From Callorhinchus milii (taxonomy: Eukaryota), in assembly GCF_018977255.1 (NCBI RefSeq), contig NW_024704743.1:34350001-34414000 (forward strand): 64,000 nucleotides of DNA. Reading direction: 5' to 3'. Both the position numbers and the translations under genes were made by a program. The first letter of the stretch is position 1. Every line of letters starts with the position of its first letter. Below, in pieces: positions 1 through 12,680 of this stretch. The notes under the pieces were generated by a model. It searched no databases and had not been told where the DNA came from. It saw only the letters and a list, made by a program, of their open reading frames with translations.

Positions 1-210
1 GTGGATTGTGGGACCAAGTTATTATTTATTTATTTTTGAAGGAATTATTACCCCCGGAAAAGCAATCCACCAATAGACTAACCCTATTTATTGCTAGTTA
101 AACAGAAGCGTATGGAGTAAGGAAACTTGCCCAGTATTTCGCCCTGACGTGAATCGAATCCAGGCCTCTCGCTTGTGAGGCGAGTACTCTAACCCCTGAG
201 CTACAGGATT
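1..210 (-). mobile_element. tRNA-Ala-headed SINE (5' part; runs off the window start)
   Basis: Reverse of TGTAGCTCAG...GATTCGATTC...GGGCAAGTTTCCTTACTCC. Confidence 0.85.
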
Positions 211-3200
211 ATACATAACAATAGGTGCAGGTAAAGATGCAGAGAAGCCATTACAGCGAGGACAATGTCTATGCAATGGAACACTGACTCATTGAACTAT
301 TGAAATTTACATCAAAGAGGAAGCCATTCATGCTTATGCTGGCTCTTGAAAGATCTGCCCATTTAGTCTCATGTCTGGTCTCCATACCCTTCCATAATTT
401 TCTTTCCAGATATTTATCTAATTTCCTCTTAAAAACTTATATGGATTCTGCCGTAAGCAGTTATAGGTTGAGCATTCCAGATCCTAAAATTCCTAAGTCC
501 CAGAGATGCTTTATATGTGTGGTAATCAAGGCTTTATTATTTTGTGCACATTTTGAACTTTTAAAAATTCTCAGTTATCAATTGGTCCTAGAACGATTTC
601 AGATACTTAGTGTCAGCGTGAAGCAAGCCTAGGTTGGGTATGGGAAGGTTGGGCACTGCTCCAACAAGGTGCTGTACTCCCAATCTCAGAAGAACAATCT
701 TACAACAACAATAAATTACAGCGACTTTCAGTCACGAAGATGTCCCAACAACAACAACTTGCGCTCTTCACACTGGACAGCGTTTTGGAGCTCTTACTTC
801 ACCTGAATAAATGCTAGGGCCCTGGGAGCAGGTGGCCAACGATTCGATGTAAGGTTTGGGACGTAGGTGGCTGTAGGAGGGTGTGGGTCACGACCGAAAA
901 ACAAACTTGCACAATTGTTTAAATAAATTAAAAAAAGGTTTATATTAACAAGGAAGCTCTATCTCTGTACATCCGTCTTCTCCAGACTCTCCTCTCACAC
1001 TCCCAAGCACCCAGCTCAATTGGTGCTCAATTATCCCTGAGGGCTTGTGCGGAATTATTACTGGAATTATTACTGAAATCCGTAAAGCGCTCTGAGACCC
1101 CGTCCGGTGTGGAGGGCGCTATATAAATCCAAGTTGTTGTTCTTGTTATTACAATATAATAGACCAGCCCTTGTTAGCTAGACAGTCACAGGGTGGTTCC
1201 CCCCGTCATGGTGGCATACATACGTGGAACTCTCAGCCTGGCTGGAATACTCTTAACGATGGAGATGGATTCCTGCATGTGTCAGATAACTTTTAATGAC
1301 AAGCTATGAGATTTGAACTGGTTGAACTCTAGCAGTACCTTATCACACACACTGGGTCCCGAAGCCTTGGCCCTTATTAACTTAAGCCAAATGTGAATTA
1401 GATAAGCAGGGTGCATCCTTTCCCTGGAACATTCCTTCCAAACACAGATAAATCTCCATGTGTAGGTAGTATATACATATGTAGAACTCTTACACATGGT
1501 GTTGGGTTTCCACATATGCCAGCTTCATTTGGTTGTCAATTCAAAATTAAACATTCCATCAGAAAAGACATGCTGAAAGTTTTTGTTTCAGCAAAGTAAT
1601 TTTTTTTTGTCAGCTGGGTGTCTGACACATGCAGAAACTCATCACCATGCTGAAGAGTATCTAAACCAAGCTTTAATTTCCATGCATCCCACCTACACAT
1701 AGAAATTCCAGAGATAGATTGATGGAATGTGTACTCTCTTTGCAAATCCTGCTTATCTAATTCCAGAAAGTATTAGGCACAAGTTGGCAAGAGCCAAGGC
1801 TCGAGGACCCCAGAGTGTTTGTTAGGGGACTGCTGGAATCTAACCAGCTAAAACGACATAGCTTGCCATTGGTATCACTGTTAGGCAAGCGTTCCTGCTG
1901 CTTGTCCAGCAAGGACCACCTTATCTGTTGGTGCTTCGGCTTGTAGAGTTAACAGGAGCTGAGTGGGATGATTCCCTGCCCCTAGTGATAGATCCTTCTA
2001 AGGCCTGCCAATGAGCCAGGTTGGCTGTGCTGTGCTGTCATCAGCAGTGCCCTGAAATACTGCGGACCTGTCTGGCGGCTCGATTCCGACATTCCGTCAC
2101 TTTAAAGCCATTCAACTCCAAGGTGATCCCACTTACCTCCCCCCCACCATGGAGAAGAGTCAGAGTAAAATATAATAATAATCCCTGACATCCTACCTAT
2201 TCCATGAATTTCCATTTATATATAAAGTAATTTACTCCATTTTACATCCATTTTGCGGGACAAAAGAAGCTGTGGTCATTTACTCAGTATGCTGTTCTTC
2301 ACTCAACTCTCTAGCATTGTAACTAATGGGAGAGAAAATTGTCGTTTCACTCTACGATTAGATAATAGACATGTAACCTTGATGCATAACATTGTCAAAG
2401 TGGTTTGTTTATGGCTCACGTAATGTATCTGTGCTCAGATTACAGCACATTCCCAGCAGCAAACAAATTGCCAAAGCACCACAGATGATATCAAGATATA
2501 CAGAAATAGCTTTTAGCTCTGCTCCCCCTTACAGTAGCATGCTCAGTTATAGAAATCTCAAATGCGAATAGTATACAGTACACAACAACTCTATGAGATC
2601 TTCAAGGTATCAGCCCTATTCATTATTTATTTATTCAAAGTGAGAAGCAGTCTGCCTCTCTCATAAATGTATAAGATTCCATTATTATCACTGATCATAC
2701 ACTTCCCTTTTTGCACCATCTCCCCCTCGTTTAAACAGCGTAAACGCCACATGGCACATCATTTTAAGGCTCAATGGGTCAATGCATCATTTACTGTAGT
2801 ATTTTGCTGCATTACTAGATGTTTTGAGATTAAAAAGGTGCTAAGGATTTTAATTCTCAATGTATGATTTAGCCATGTAGCTCAACCTATACACAGTATT
2901 TACAAATATAGTTCTGGGTGAGCTGTATGAGAATGGAATATCCCAAAAAGGACATTTTACCAGTACTAATACTGTAGAAGCTACTACAAAAATCAAAATA
3001 AGTATCATATGATGGGGAGGAGCACTGTACTGTGAAATAGCACTTCATATATTTTTTATTCAGACACTTTCAGCATTCACTTGGGATTTACAATCTAATC
3101 CAGTAAAGTTCTTTGGGCCATCCTCCAAAAGTGAAAGGCCCAATATAAATGTACATTTGTATTGTATTGTGTTGTGTTGTACTTGTAGTTTTGTATTTCC

Positions 3201-4739
3201 CCACCATAGTCTGCTGTATAGTTTGCTTTAGATCACTCTGAAACAGTGTTGCGCATCACAAATGCAGCAATGGTGTACTGTATGATCAGTGCAGTACAAT
3301 TGGTGCAGTCTTATATTTCCCTCACTGCAGAATCAACCACTAATACTATGAAATGTTGTAATGATGACTTGCTCAGCATGGTAGAAATAAGTCATGTATT
3401 ATTAATGTATAAAAACAAATAAAATCAGACTTGAATTCAGTCTCTTTGAATCCAGGTTAAAAATATAAATTGTGATTTAAAGTCACCCTTTCCATCAGAT
3501 AAAACAACAGCCCCTCTGCATATGTGTGGCACCCTTTGAATGTTCCACTAATTTTTGCACATGTAAATGTGCCAACTCCACATACACACACACACACACA
3601 CATCTGAGTTGGGTAGCACACAGATTACCCTAACTTTCTGGCCAACAACAAAATAATAATAATAATAATCTTTGCATTTGATATAGCGCCTTATCACGTC
3701 TTTGAGACGTCTCAAAGCGCTTCACAGAGTATACTGTATATTTTGTGGGCGAAATGACTAACCGATTGACTAACGACCAGGTTCCTATTTACTGCTAGGT
3801 GAACAGAGACAGCTGCAGACCACCATTAATCTTCTGAAATGTACCTGCTGTCCATTATAAAACATTGTAGCAAAACAAGTTTTATTTTGTAGCCTTTAGT
3901 CATTCATTTTAAGGCTTCCAACTATAAATGATGTCTCACTCGTTTGTTATTTTGTTATCTGCAGCCATTGGGAATAATTTAGTGAATCTTTTCTTCACAT
4001 CTTTTATTGGAGCCATTCATTTCCAAACTTTTCTCCCATTTAGCTTGGACTTGTCAGAAGTAACTGCTGGTTCACAGACACTTTATACGACAATTTCTGA
4101 GAATCGTTACCTTTGAAATGTGATAAATGTTTAACTGAACAAAAATGACAACAGTATATGTTTTACAAAGCATTTCCATCAGCTGTATAGGATATTGTTT
4201 TGCTAAAGCTCAAGACTTTGGAGATTGATCATCTCAGACTCTTGAAAAAAGTCTGAAATATAAAAAAAACTTGGGTGAAAAATGTGAGATTTGTGGTAAG
4301 TATCATGAGTGATAATTAGGTCAGTCTGACTCAGTGTTGTCTATGAGTCAGAAGGTTTGAGGTTCAAAACCCATGTTATTTATTAAGACATTGAATGCCC
4401 ATTTTTCACCCCAGTACATATTTTCAGAGCCTTGGCAAAGATAATTGCATTAACCGGGGATATGTAATAAAGTGACTCTGAGGTCCTGTAGCCGAATGAA
4501 CAATAAAAATTGTTGCGTTTGATGTAGTGCCAAATCATGTTGTCGAAATGTCTCAAAGTGCTTTGCAGGATTTACTGTGAAGTGTCGTGACTGTGTATTT
4601 ATGGACGCTGTGAAAGCCCCAGCCAATTTGCATTTAACCTGGGAAATGATTGGCCAGGATACCTGGCCGAAAAACAGAATTTTTGATAGGTCGACAAACA
4701 TTACTATGCAGGAAACACCACGCTCACTGTTGCCATCAA

Positions 4740-5650
4740 TTTTCTCTGTCCAGTGCACAATCTTGGTATTTTCTTTGACTCTCAGCTCTGTTAAGTTTTT
4801 AACTCCTGACCTTGCTCAAGTTTACCACCTCTGCAATATCACCTGCCTCATCTCTACCTCACCCTCAGTGATGCCTAAACCATTATTCACGCCTTTATTA
4901 CCTCCAAACTGGATTTATCCAATACTCTCCTCACCAATCTTCCTAGCTCACAACCTTCTAGAAGATCCATCTTATCCAAACTGCCATAGCCGATATCTTT
5001 TCCTATACCAGGCTCTGAAAACCCATCCATTCTCACTAGGCTCCCTATTCCTCAGCAGATTGATTTCTAGACCCATGTTCTTACTTTCAAATGTTTCAGA
5101 GGATTTAGGAGGAGCTACTTCACACAGAGGGTGGTGAGATAGTGGAGCTTCCTGCCTGAAACAGTTAGTATAGATTCATTCAAGCGGAAGCTAGACCTTG
5201 ACGCGAGGGAGAGGGGAATAGAAGGGTATGGGAGGGGGTAAAGAACAAGCGAAGATTCATGCAGAGTATAAACACCGGGACAGACTGATTGGCTGGATGG
5301 CCTGTTTCTATGCTGTTCATTCTTTGCAAATCATTGTTTCCATGCAATTCCACTTCCCTGCCCACTTCCTCCACTCAGCTAGCTCAGGCTTACTGCACAT
5401 TCCCTTTCCACTTCCACCTCTACCCCACCACTGACAGATAGTCTTTCAGTGATTATGCCCTCACTCTCTGGATCTATTTCTCCAAATCCCTCTGTCTCTC
5501 TCTCTACTTTCAAAACCTTTCTAAAAAAAACATTTTGCTTTGACTGCACCTTCATTCATCTCCCTCCTTAATCCCCCTGGCTCCTACCTTCTCAGTCTCC
5601 CACTTGACCCCTGTAAAGCACCCTGAGATATTACCCTATGTGGAAGACAA
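4740..5650 (+). mobile_element. Old L2 3' fragment with a CR1 3' end inserted (~5095-5330)
   Basis: Degenerate L2 C-terminal sequence; CR1 3' UTR ...tggatggcctgtttctatgctg. Confidence 0.7.
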
Positions 5651-7390
5651 GTAATTGTATTAAACGATATTATGTACATACTACAAGTAGGGTCAGAATT
5701 ATAAATTGAAAGATCCTACCTCAAGCATTTAGTTTCAAGGTGCTCTATTTTGTGGTGAGGCAAAGTGAGGTTTGTATTAATGCTATTAGTGTAGTGATTC
5801 ACTCGAATGAATAAGGGCCAACGTCATGAGGAAGTTGCCATGGTTGCAGCTCGCATTCGCTGAAAGTGAGTAAATGTGTAACTTTTGGATTTTTTTTCTT
5901 TAACTGCTGGTACATTGCCGGATCCATGAATTGTAGAATCATAGCCACTAGAGCACAAAAGGAGGCCATTCAGCCCACTGTGCATGTGCGTTCGTAACTC
6001 TGCATTCGAGCTGTGTACTCTAATCCCACTAGGTTTGACCAGATTGTTACCTGAAGTACATGGATTAAATTTCATATTGAATGTATGTGAGTAGGAAGTA
6101 TGAGTCATATACGATTCAAACCCACATATATTTTGCAATGATAATTATTGTAAGTCATTTGAAATGAGCCAGCATTGTATTCTTATCTATTTTTGTAGTT
6201 ACCATGGTTATGTCAAATGATTTGGGAGAAAATATCTTTGCAGGTAACAGTACTTCCCTTCCTGTTGTACTTCACCCTAGCAATCAGAATGGTAGCACAC
6301 GGACTCCCATGTGGAAACTGCCAGACAATGAACCACTTAAAAGATTATTGAGAACTTGTATTTTCTCTCCTGAAGGTGCTGACTCTTAATGAAGGAACAA
6401 TTTCACATCCCAACAACGCTTTGTGTAAACAAAAATCTCTTAAGCCATTTTCCTGTAGTTATTAAAAACGGCTCAGATATCATTTGGAACCAGCCTTTGG
6501 TTGTATTGCTATGTTGTAACTCCCCAGAAGAACTTGTTCGTACACGTGGTAATATTTGTAAGCTTCAAGTGTTACGCTGAAACTTTAATTGTAGCTGTGT
6601 ATACAATAAAGCTGATCACATTTTTCAAAACAGGTAAGCAAATATAGTTTTATTCAATCTGATTTGTGCCTGCAACCCTGTACACACAAACTACAGTATT
6701 TAGAAACAATCAATTCCAAAATTGAAATGGGACAGGATCCGCTTTGATGTTAATCAGCAGCAACACAAATTCCAATGACAATCCTCCTTTGGGACAGCAG
6801 TGGAGGGTTTCCTTGGAGCTGAATTAGTTCCAAGGTGACGTATTTTGCAGGGGAATGTCAGAATCAAACCCACGATTCGAGTGGTGGTCTCAGTAGTCCA
6901 ATTCCTGAGCCAACGCGGTCTGTAGTACTCCAGGACACTGCTGATGACAGACAGACCAGTCAGCAAGACTCGGAAGGGCAGACCAGTCACTTGGGGCAGG
7001 AATTCTTATCACTTGTCTCCTGTTAACCCTACAAGCCAAAGCCCTAAGTAGGTTGTTCCTAGCTGGACAAGCAGTGAGAAGCTTGCCAGACAGTGCTCTC
7101 AATGGCAGATTATGCAGTTTTAGCTACTTGAATCCCACCAGTGCCCGAACACATACAATGATGTCCCCAAGCCTTTCTCTCACCAACCTCCGCCTAATGC
7201 TCTCCAGAATTAGGCAAGCAGGGTGCATCCTTCAGGGAGAGAGTTCCATTCCAGCCACAGTGAATTGCAACATTGCAGTGTGTCAACCTGGGTCATATGG
7301 TAGTACTCTTGCCTCAAGGTTGGTGGCTTCAAGCCGCATGTTCGGGATTTTGAACTCATATAATAATCCTTCCAGTTGATATAGCCTTTT

Positions 7391-9172
7391 ATCATAGAAT
7401 CGTAGAATCATACAGCACAAAAAGAGGCCATTCGGGCCATCGAGTTTGTGCCGGCTCTTTGAATAGAGCAATTAATGTCAGTCCCACTCCGCATAACCCT
7501 ATAACCCTGCAAACCCGTCCTCCTCAAATACCCGTCCACCGTGTTTTTAAAAGTAGTTATCAAATCGGCCTCGACCACCCTTTCAGGCAATGCGTTCCAG
7601 ATTCGAACAACTCGCTGCTTGAAAAAAATTCTTCTCACCTCCCCTCTGCTTCTTTTAGAGACTATTTTGAATCTGTGACCTCGAGTCACCAACACACCCA
7701 CCAGTGGAAACAGTTTTTCCCTTTCTAACCTATCAAATCCCCTCATGATTTTGAAGACCTCTATTAGGTCTCCTCATAACCTTCTCTGCTCCAATGAGAA
7801 TAATCCCAGCCTCTCTAGCCTTTCCTCATAATCAAGGTCCCTCATTCCTGGTACCATCCTCGTAAATCTCCTCTGCACCCTTTCCAATGCCTTAACATCC
7901 TTCCTATAGTGTGGTGCCCAGAACTGGGCAGTATTCTAACTGAGGCCTAACCAGTATTTTATATAGGTTAATCATAACCTCCTGACTCTTGTACTCTATG
8001 CCCCTATTTATAAAGCCTAGTATCCCATATGCCCTTTTTACAGCTTTATCTACCTGTCCTACCACCTTCAAGGATTCATTTACCTGCACCCCAGGTCTCT
8101 CTGTTCTTTTACCCCCTTAAGATTGTATTACCAGCCTATATTGCCTCCTCTCATTCTTTCTACCAAAATGCATTACCTCGCATTTCTCCACATTGAAACT
8201 CATCTGCCATGTGTCTGCCCATTTTATCATTCTGTCTATGTCTTCCTGCAGTTGGCTACTATCCTTCTCACTGTTTACTACCCTACCTAACTTTGTGTCG
8301 TCCGCAAACTTGGAAATAGTACTTGCTATACCCAAGTCCAGATCATTTATGTATATTAAGAATTGCAGTGGTCCCAATACCGATCCCTGGGGGACGCCAC
8401 TCCAGTCAGAAAAGCAGCTGTTCACCACAACTCTCTGCTTTCTGTCTCCCAGCCAGTTCTAGATCCACGCTGCCACTGTCCCTTTTTTACCATGGGCTTC
8501 TATCTTTCTTACAAGTCTTTCATGTGGCACTTTATCAAATACCTTTTGAAAGTCTATATAAACTACATCAACTGCACCACCTTTATCCACCCTCTCCGTT
8601 GCCTCATCGAAAAATTCTATTAGATTTGTTAGACAAGATTTGCCTTTAACAAATCCGTGCTACCCATATTCTTCTAAGTGAAGATTTGTTCTGTCCCGGA
8701 TTATAGTCTCCAGGAGTTTCCCCACTACTGATGTTAGGCTGACTGGCCGTAGTTCCCAGGTTTGTCCTTCTGTCCCTTTTTGTACAGAGGAGTCACATTG
8801 GTCACTCTCCAGTCCTCTGTCACCACTCTTGTGTCCAACGAAGATTGAAAAATTGTAGCCAAAGCCTCCTCTATTTGTACCTGTGCTTCCCATAGTAATC
8901 TTGGTTGCATCCCGTCTGGACCGGGCAACTTATCTACCTTCAGCGCAGTCAACCTTTTCAGTACTTCCTCTCTGTTTATACTTATCTGTTTCCATTTCCT
9001 TTACCCTCTCCTCTGATAGTGCGGCATTTGGTGCATCCACTTCTTTTGTGAAGACAGATGTAAAGTACTCATTCAGCACATCAGCCATGCCCTCTGCCTC
9101 CACAATAAGATTTCCCCCTTGGTCCTTAATTGGCCCCACCCTACCTTTGACTAGCCTTTGTTTCTTGATATG
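7391..9172 (-). mobile_element. CR1 LINE, 5'-truncated, frameshifted ORF2 (RT to 3' end)
   Basis: ORF pieces SGVPQGSVLGP...YINDLD...KFADDTKL, NYRPVSLTSVVGK-like, RPQLEYC, FFKQRVVRIWNALP. 3' (ATTCTATG)-type tail at ~7391-7410. Confidence 0.95.
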
Positions 9173-10631
9173 TCATTGAGACGTCTCTAAGCACATCACA
9201 GGATAAATTGTAAAGTGGATTCACTGTGTATTTTCAAGGCAAAACTCATAGTCTTACATGGTCACTCCAGTGCAGGTGATGAGATGAGTCGGAAGAGATG
9301 ATCCATCCATTAGATGAAACGTTAAACTAAGGTCTCATCTGCCTATTCACGTTACAGATCCTATGGCTCTAGAAAAAAAGAGAAGGGAATTTTTCCAAAT
9401 GTCCTGGCCAACCTTCCCTATATAAAACTGATCATTCACTTCATTGCTATGGAGAAATGACCTACAAAACATACAATCACTGCATCTTACAGTATATCCC
9501 GTGAAGTGCTTTGAGAAGTCCTCCTGACGTGAAAGGCACTGTATCAAATGTAAATTTCCAGAAGTATATATCTGTGGGTAACATTTCAATTTGGATACTC
9601 TTAAGCCTATTGATGAGTTTCTGCATGTATCAGACACCCGGCTGACCCAAAAATCTAATGAATGTCTCACTTAGAATACTAATCCTGTGAAAAGGGAAGA
9701 AAATTAAAATCTTTACAGGAAAAAAAATAATTTTATATTGAAACAAAAAAAACAATTTAAATCCCTGATCTGGGTTGAGTTAACTGATCTTAAATGGGGA
9801 GGTGGTAGTCAATTGGCTACAATGTACCCAGGAAAAGGAGGGGAAAATACGGCCAGGCTTTCTGTTCATGATTTGCTGCAAGGTGCAGATGTTTGGATGC
9901 CAGGTAAGAATATGATGGAGCCTATAATCATTTCAAAAGCCTGCAAACAATTACTCACACATGGAGAATAGCTTCTTATGCCTGATGTGCAGTTGTCTAT
10001 GGTGGCATTTTCGTGACTAACATTTATCTTTAATAATGTTTTTTTTCCAGTGGGACAATTCTCCTGGAATAGGTCAGGGTCTTCAGAGGAGGGAAGAAAA
10101 TTTGAAAAATAATATTTATAACATATATTTAAAAAAAACAGATGTTAAATATTTTATTTTCCCAAATATTAAATGCCTTTGCCCTCTAGCCATCACTTGA
10201 CACCCTCACTAACTAATCCTGGGGAAAATTCGCTTCCAAATTCAGACTGAATTCAAGAATTTACCAAAATGGAACAGAAAGAGAAATAAGTCAAAACCAA
10301 ACCTAATAGTTTAACTATCTTTTGACACATCTTAACTATTTGTTAGCACACCTAAACCAAAATAGTTGTCGGGTTATGAGTCTGCATCATATACAAGTAC
10401 TTTCAAAACAGGCTGGTCTTTTAGTATCACATTATGATTATTCAGAAAAAATATGAGTCATAGGAGCAATCCAGAAAACCCAACTACTATATTTCTAGCA
10501 CTTCCACCTCACTGTAAACACTCTAAATGTGTGTAATTTACATTTTTTATTAACAGGATACTTTAATAATGAAACTCATACGAATTCCAGACAATTTATG
10601 GGACCTCTACTCTAGAAGCAGATCACATTGG

Positions 10632-11382
10632 AGTGGAGTTCCCATGCGGCAACACAAACACATCTGAAGAACTCCTATTCATAAGAAATATTGCAAATTA
10701 CACCTCACTCTGCAACCAATGGAGGTGCACATCCCTGCTTATTGTGGAGATGTTTCATCCATTCATGATCATGATTTCAAAATGTTTTCTTTAATCTAAC
10801 CTCTGCTGCAGCATGAGCCTACAAATGCCTTCAACTTTCATCTATAAATCTTTACTGTAAAATCATGCAAAGCACTTTGAGATGTTTTGATGATGTGGAC
10901 AGGCTCTATATCAAATGGAAGGATTATTATTGTTGTTATTATTTCAATATTGATTGGTTTTGGCATCAAGAGGACTGCCTCAGGCCTTCAGAGAATTGTC
11001 CTAGATTTAGAATCTTGTTCAAGCAGAAACCAGGACTGGGCAAGGCTGTTCAGGCTGGAGTTTGGCTGATTTGTTTATTTCTCCTAAATGCTCAAGGGGC
11101 CGTTTAAAAACAACACAATTTGGGTGTGGAATAAAATGTAACCATGTACAGGCAATGCTTTAGTGAGTGCACAACTGCACTTCAGAAAACATTGTGAAAT
11201 CTAAGTGCAATATTTCTTCACACAGTAAAAATCAATAGCTGGAATAGGAAATTAAATCAAATTCACCATAGAAGTTCAAATTATTTAGCCTTTCATGATA
11301 TTTCTGTTTAGGGTGTTGCTAGAATAAATGAGTTGCCATGATTGAAGGACGTTGGTTTGTGTTGACCCGTGGGAACTCCACT
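10632..11382. mobile_element. Kolobok/T2-type MITE
   Basis: TIR AGTGGAGTTCCCA...CAACACAAAC inverted at ~11355-11382; TTAA at the right flank. Confidence 0.7.
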
Positions 11383-11908
11383 TTAATGTAATAATAATAA
11401 TTATTATTACTATTAGCTATCTATAGAGCAGAGGTCCGATAAGTTGTCTGAAATTTGTATGAGTTTCATTACTAAAGAATCCTGTTAATCTGCACAATGA
11501 AGCCTCATTATTACAATTGGGAACCACAAGATCCAAACTGTTTCATGCCTCGGAGGTCTTGACCTAGATGAACAGGGGTGATCCCCCGGCCCAGCCCCAT
11601 TTGACTATTTACTGTGGTTGACACTGTTCATTTTTCGTCCGCTCAGAGCATAAATGCTCTAGCAGAGGTTTTGTTTGCTTACATTTGTCTTCTCCTCCTT
11701 CGACTCTCTTGAGTCCGCTGAGTCTGTCTTAGAAACTGTTGAATTTCATCTCTTTAAGTCTCTTGAATTTATCTTTCCATTGAATCTACTTAATATACTT
11801 GTTGGTTATTAGGAATTGGGGTCCTCCCTTTGTCGACAGAAATGGGCTGAGATGATTAGAGCGAAACTCCAATAAGATGCCATCTTCCTGATTTTCTTCT
11901 CAATCATT

Positions 11909-12195
11909 GTTTCCTTACTTCACACGCCTCAGTTAACCTAGCAGTAAGTAGGAACCCGATTGTTAGTCGATTGGTGGATCACTTTTTTGGGGGTAATAAT
12001 TCCTCCGAAATAAATTTAAAAAATACCCAATCCACGACTGTTTGTGGGACACTGCTGTGAGCAATTGGCTGCTGCGGTTCGCCCACAAATGTACAGTCAA
12101 TTCACTTTACAGTATATTCTGTGAAGCGCTTTGAGACGTCTAGAAGATGTGATAAAGCGCTATATCAAATGCAAGGATTATTATTATTATTATTG
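11909..12195 (+). mobile_element. tRNA-Ala SINE, 5'-truncated
   Basis: Body, Deu-like segment, L2-like tail and (ATT)n. Confidence 0.88.
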
Positions 12196-12489
12196 TGAGC
12201 CATCCATCCTTGGGATGGGTAACTCCTTTGACTAGGAATTTGGAGATCTGGCCTCCGATGTTTACTTTCCCAGCTCCAAGTATCTGTGTTAGAAAGTCCT
12301 CTTCACAAAGTCCTCTGTGTTAGAAAGTCTGCTTGCACCAAAAGAGGCAATAAATTACACTCGTTATGTAGTTTCAAGAATCCCTACCCCTCCAAGTCCT
12401 GTCGACAAGTCAAGCTGGCTGCTCTGTCATCTGTCATCAGCAGTGTTCTGGAGTATTGTGGACTCCCCCCAATTTTCTCTTCAACCGTG

Positions 12490-12680
12490 CCTTCAGCTCC
12501 CCTCTCGACTCTCTACCCCCTCCTTGCTCCCTCCCTTCCCACCCCTCCTCGCTCCCTCCTTCCCTCCCCTCACGCTGACCATCTCCCCCCTGCTCGGGTC
12601 CCGACCCAACTGTCCAGCGCCTTGGGACGTCCTCCCGACGTGAAAGGCGCTCTATAAATGCAATCTTGTTGTTGTTGTTG
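12490..12680 (+). mobile_element. Short L2 3' tail insertion (similar copies ~28930-29035 minus, ~39445-39590 minus, ~61690-61820 plus)
   Basis: AGCGCCTTGGGACGTCCTCCCGACGTGAAAGGCGCT hairpin plus (TTG)n. Confidence 0.85.

Noticed and set aside
872..1060. Possible solo LTR
   Set aside because: No clear TG...CA pair or TSD identified.
11500..11905. Purine-rich minus-strand stretch that looks coding
   Set aside because: Stops in the frames I read and no recognisable domain.
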